This document shows, piece after piece, positions 59,019 through 64,000 of a DNA stretch of 64,000 nucleotides. The notes under the pieces are model-generated. The model was not told where the DNA came from. It made no database searches and worked only from the letters and a program-made list of their open reading frames with translations. The stretch is from the human T2T-CHM13v2.0 reference genome, Homo sapiens. Made by a program: the position numbers and the translations under genes. The stretch lies in assembly GCF_009914755.1 (NCBI RefSeq), contig NC_060930.1; one strand, 5' to 3'. How positions within the stretch are numbered: the first letter of the stretch is position 1; each line of letters starts with the position of its first letter.

Positions 59019-60680
59019 CTTTTAAAATTTGTTTGTGGGCTGTCTTCCAGCTTCCACTGCTTTAATAGCCTATCTCCTCTCAACTATTAACTATAATTAG
59101 TGTATAAGGACAGCTATTTCAACCCTTGAGGTCCTTACTTCAAACCGTCCTAAAGAATTAAAATGTAGTCCTAAGTGGCACTTTTCCAGGATCATAAGAA
59201 TTCCTTCCCCTTCAAAAGCTTAGAGTAAAGATAAATCAGACAGAAGGAGAATTATCCTTTTATTGGCTCAAAGCAACCACTGGCTCCCTTCTCAGTGGTG
59301 TGATGTTCTGGAAGGGAGATTAGTGTCTTCTGAGGGTTGTTGCAATAATGGAGAAACACTTGGCCAAGACTTTCTTCCCCCGCCAGTGTCCTCTACCTAG
59401 GATTGTCAAATTTTGGAAATATTCAAAAGTTCTTCAATAGAGGGATACGCAATGAAAAATTTGCTACTGTTTGGGATTCGTTAAGTCAATTTAATTTCTG
59501 CTTAATACAAAGTTCTAGTGCCCACAATTTTGTTACTATTATTAACTTTCCAGCACCAGTGATGTGCTGAGATTTCTGCAGTGGTTCCTGAGTGCTGGAT
59601 TTAAGGTCTGCTGGTGAAAATGATCAGTTACAGTCATATGCTGTAACTGATATGCTATTCCACCAGTCTGAAAGGAGACAATGGCAGCAGGGCCTGCCGT
59701 AAAGAGGCCAGGGGATGCTCAGTGAGATGACTTCTCCTGTCTCCCCAGTTGAGTCTCCCACCCTATGGTTGGATGGTGGTGATGGCCACAGTGAGGCCTT
59801 GCCCAAACTCAGAAACGTCCAAGACTCTACTATTCCCAACCACATGTCCCTGAACCTTCAGCACACTTACCTTTAGGCAAGCCAGTCTGATGTTGTTTAA
59901 AAACAATTTTTTTCTCTGCCACAGCACTGGATGGCCACACATTATGAAAGAATGGCTTATCTTTATTCATGCTCAGTTCCCTTGTGATACCATTGCGGTG
60001 GCCCATCTGAGGAGTACAATCCTTTCGAGGCAAAGAAGAAACTGCACTTAAAAGGCCTGGCCAGGACCTACTAGCTTCACAGGGGCAAATCTAGACCATA
60101 TCCTCCCACAGTTTGTTAGAAATGATGCCAGCCTATTGAGATTGTTTCTGAGTGGTGAGAAACAACGGCAAGAGTTCATGCAAAACACAAGTGTAAATGT
60201 CATCATTTTATTCTTTTTGTTGATAAACCGCTGGAGAGCCAAGGTCACATCCTGAATTTCTTTCAGATCTTTTACATATTAGGCATAGAATCCCAAAAGT
60301 TGTAAGTTCTAAAGAGTCTTTACAGTATACTGACAAAAATATGAATGACATTTGTTTAAGGCTACTTATTGTAAAACTACCTGTAATAAGGAAAGACTGA
60401 AAACAGCCTAAGTCTCATTAGTAGGAAACTGGTTGAAATGGAACACCCACACAATGCAGTATTCTGCAGCTATAAAAATGTATGAAGATATCTATATATT
60501 GCAGTTGAGGGATTTCCACATGTATGAAGTTAAAAAGCCAGATGCAGAGCAATACAGCAGCATGCCACCATTTATCTAAGAAGGGAAGGGGAATTAAACA
60601 GTTATAAGTATTTGCTTGCCTATTGTTTAAAGTAATGGCAGGATTAAGACATAAAGCTAATGAAAATGTTAACGATATCA

Positions 60681-61165
<485 letters not shown>

Positions 61166-61310
61166 AGAACTGCCAAGGAGATGCCCTCTCATCACCATAT
61201 ACACCACCTTGCCAGCAGAAAGGGCATGGACTCCCAGATGAGAAAATGTTGGTGATATGGACTAATAAGACTATTTGAGACAAATGCTCATTGACATTCA
61301 AAGAGGTTCT

Positions 61311-61615
61311 CAGCCAGGTGTGGTGGTTCAAGCCTATAAATCCAGCACTTTGGGAGGCTGAGGCGCATGGATAACTTGAGCTTAGGAGTTCAGGACCAGC
61401 CTAAACATAACAAGACCCCATCTCTACAAAATACACAAAACTTAGCTGGGTGTGGAGGCATGCACCTGTGGTTCCAGCTACTCGGGAGGCTGAGGTGGGA
61501 GGATTGCTGGAGCCCAGTAGATGGAGGCTGCAGCGAACCATGATTGCACTCCAGCTTGAGCAACAAAAGAAACCCTGTTTTTTTTTTTTTTTCTGAGGGG
61601 GGGTTTTCGTTTCAC
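61311..61615 (+). mobile_element. AluJ SINE with an aberrant (inverted) tail
   Basis: ggaggattgctggagccc J diagnostics; T15 where poly-A is expected; TSD-like aaa(g)aggttct. Confidence 0.88.
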
Positions 61616-62830
61616 AAAAGGTTCTGTCACACTCTTAGATCTACTCAGCCCCCAAATCCCAAGTTAGGCAAACAAAGTCACATGCTGTTAGACTAGAAAT
61701 TAGGAAATCAGGAATCAAAAAAAAAAAAAAAAAAAAAAAAACCAAATTGTTGAGGAAAGAGCTGCCTTTCTTCAGAACTTAGAATTGATGTTTAATGGTA
61801 TTAAAATCCACAGCGAGCATCCAACCCACAGAGACATTTGGATCTGTGAGAAAATGGAAATACCCGCGGATATCTTCAGAGGTCATTAGAAGTTGTGTTT
61901 GGTATAAACCTGTGGTACGATCATTGTTCACTCATGGACTGTCTTCTAGAAGAACATACTCTCTGTCTGTAATGTTTGCATCATGAAAAATGTAGGAAGG
62001 TGTCATCATTGCTAATATCAAAGATTAGGGGGTTTCATCTTAAACACTAGTATCTTCCCCAACAAGTGATCATTCCTCCATGTATGTAAATACTTTTGAT
62101 GCTTCTTTTTTTAGCTAGTTGGTTTTTTCTTTTGAATGTAGCTTTTGTCTGATTACAAAAATAATATAAACTGTCCCAAAATTGTTAGAAAATGCTAAAA
62201 AGTATATATAAAGAAAGATCTAAAATCTCAGGACCCAGATGTAGCCTCTGTTAATATTTAGAAATATCTTCTTCCAGGTGATGTTCTCTGCATATTATAA
62301 TAATTAGATATAGAATCTTATATTTTTGAATAAAGTGATATCATATTATACATACTGTTTTCTGTCTTGCCCTTTTGCTCAACAATATGTTGTGGACAGC
62401 TTTTCATGACATGAGATTTAATGCTACATTATTGTCTTAATAGTTATATGCTATTTCATGGAACAGATGACCCTCATTTAAAGTCTCTTGTAGATGAACA
62501 TTGGAATTAATTCCAACTTTTCCTATCATAAACAACACTGCAATGAATATCCTTTTACACTGATATTTTCATATTGTCTGATGTAAAATTACACTGTAGA
62601 TTTTTACCCTTCCAAGATTTTGAATGTGATTGCCTTGCAGAAAGCTTTCCACAACTTATACCAGCAGCATATGATTATGTTTGTTTTCTGATGCTTTTAC
62701 CGAAACTAGGTATTTTAATACTTTTGAGGGACAGAGATGCCTGTCTGTTGTGCCATAACATATTAAATTGCCATTTTTCAACATCTGTTGACCTATAAAC
62801 GACTATTTCATATGGATAGACTTAATATAA

Positions 62831-63190
<360 letters not shown>

Positions 63191-63409
63191 TAAGATTTTA
63201 AAAAGGCATTCAATCAGTCACAAAGCTTTACAGATTGACCTTCTTACTAACCACCAACTCACTTCTCTCATTTGTGAAAATCCTGATGACGCATTGTTGC
63301 CAGGATGATAAATAAATCTGGTCATGTCATTAAAAACTCTTCAATGTCTCCTTGGTGTAGGGTGGTTCAGCTGCTAAAATTAGAAAAAAAATGGGGAGGA
63401 TCATGTTTA

Positions 63410-63590
63410 TGGAGGGGGAAGAATGAAATCAGAAGTTTCATTTCAAACACATTACATTTTAGGCAGTGTGAAATATCCAAGCAGAGGCATCAAAGAGCCA
63501 GCTAGAGATGTGATCCAGAGTTCAGAGCAGAAGACTTAGCTGAAAATTTGCATATCATCTGCCTAAAGATGGCATTTAAACCTGCAACCA
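63410..63590 (-). mobile_element. L2 fragment
   Basis: gaagtttcatttcaaacacattacatttt...ccagagttcagagcagaag...gatggcatttaaa. Confidence 0.55.
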
Positions 63591-63689
63591 TCAAACCTGT
63601 ACCTCCCTCTACAGTGCACTCTGTGTGAACCGGTTTAGTGGCTTTATCCTAAGCAAACTTGTGTAGGATGATGAAAGACTTTCTCTCAG

Positions 63690-63936
63690 ACTGTCAACAA
63701 GTATAATTTATTAGGGAATATTTACATGCACAGAGGAAAGGGAACATTAATTCTCCTGTCCCCAAGGAGACACAACAAAGGCAAACGCAAAGATAAGCTA
63801 AGATGCTGTTCAAATTTGCAAGAAAAATCCTGGAAGGAATGTCTTGTCTTCTTCAATCTTTGTCACTAACTTCTACATCTTCAGAGTAGCCGTTAGAGTC
63901 GCCGTTTGTCCAAGGTGGCTTGAAAATGGCTCCACT
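63690..63936 (-). other. Candidate 3'-terminal exon of an unidentified minus-strand transcript
   Basis: Acceptor tttcacctcccataaatcag|AGTGG; short open frames then stops; AATAAA at 63707-63712 (minus). Confidence 0.35.
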
Positions 63937-64000
63937 CTGATTTATGGGAGGTGAAACAATGTTATGTATCAGGAAAAAGGAAGGTTTCTCAGTCAGAGAG

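Noticed and set aside
61717-61741. A25 run as the tail of a processed pseudogene
   Set aside because: No upstream polyA signal, TSD or recognisable transcript sequence

Overview
Hominid (human or great-ape) genomic DNA, judged from an SVA, an L1PA2-like LINE and AluY copies. The window looks intergenic or intronic and roughly half of it is interspersed repeat. It holds about 21 Alu copies or fragments, many L1s (three with 5' inversions, one young L1PA2-like copy nested in an older L1PB), one SVA, a decayed ERV-L pol segment, MaLR/ERV solo LTRs, hAT/Tigger fossils, MIR/L2 and microsatellites. No host protein-coding gene can be identified. The only gene-like signals are a possible minus-strand 3'-terminal exon with AATAAA at the right edge and a few weak minus-strand exon candidates. 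The most unusual structures are a PATRR-like AT-rich quasi-palindrome with perfect 39-bp inverted arms (51147-51778), a 3x67-bp higher-order minisatellite rich in TF motifs (41194-41400), a 64-bp dispersed duplication and a fold-back Alu tail. I see no convincing novel biological system. Subfamily calls are from recalled consensus sequences, and boundaries are approximate unless a TSD is cited.
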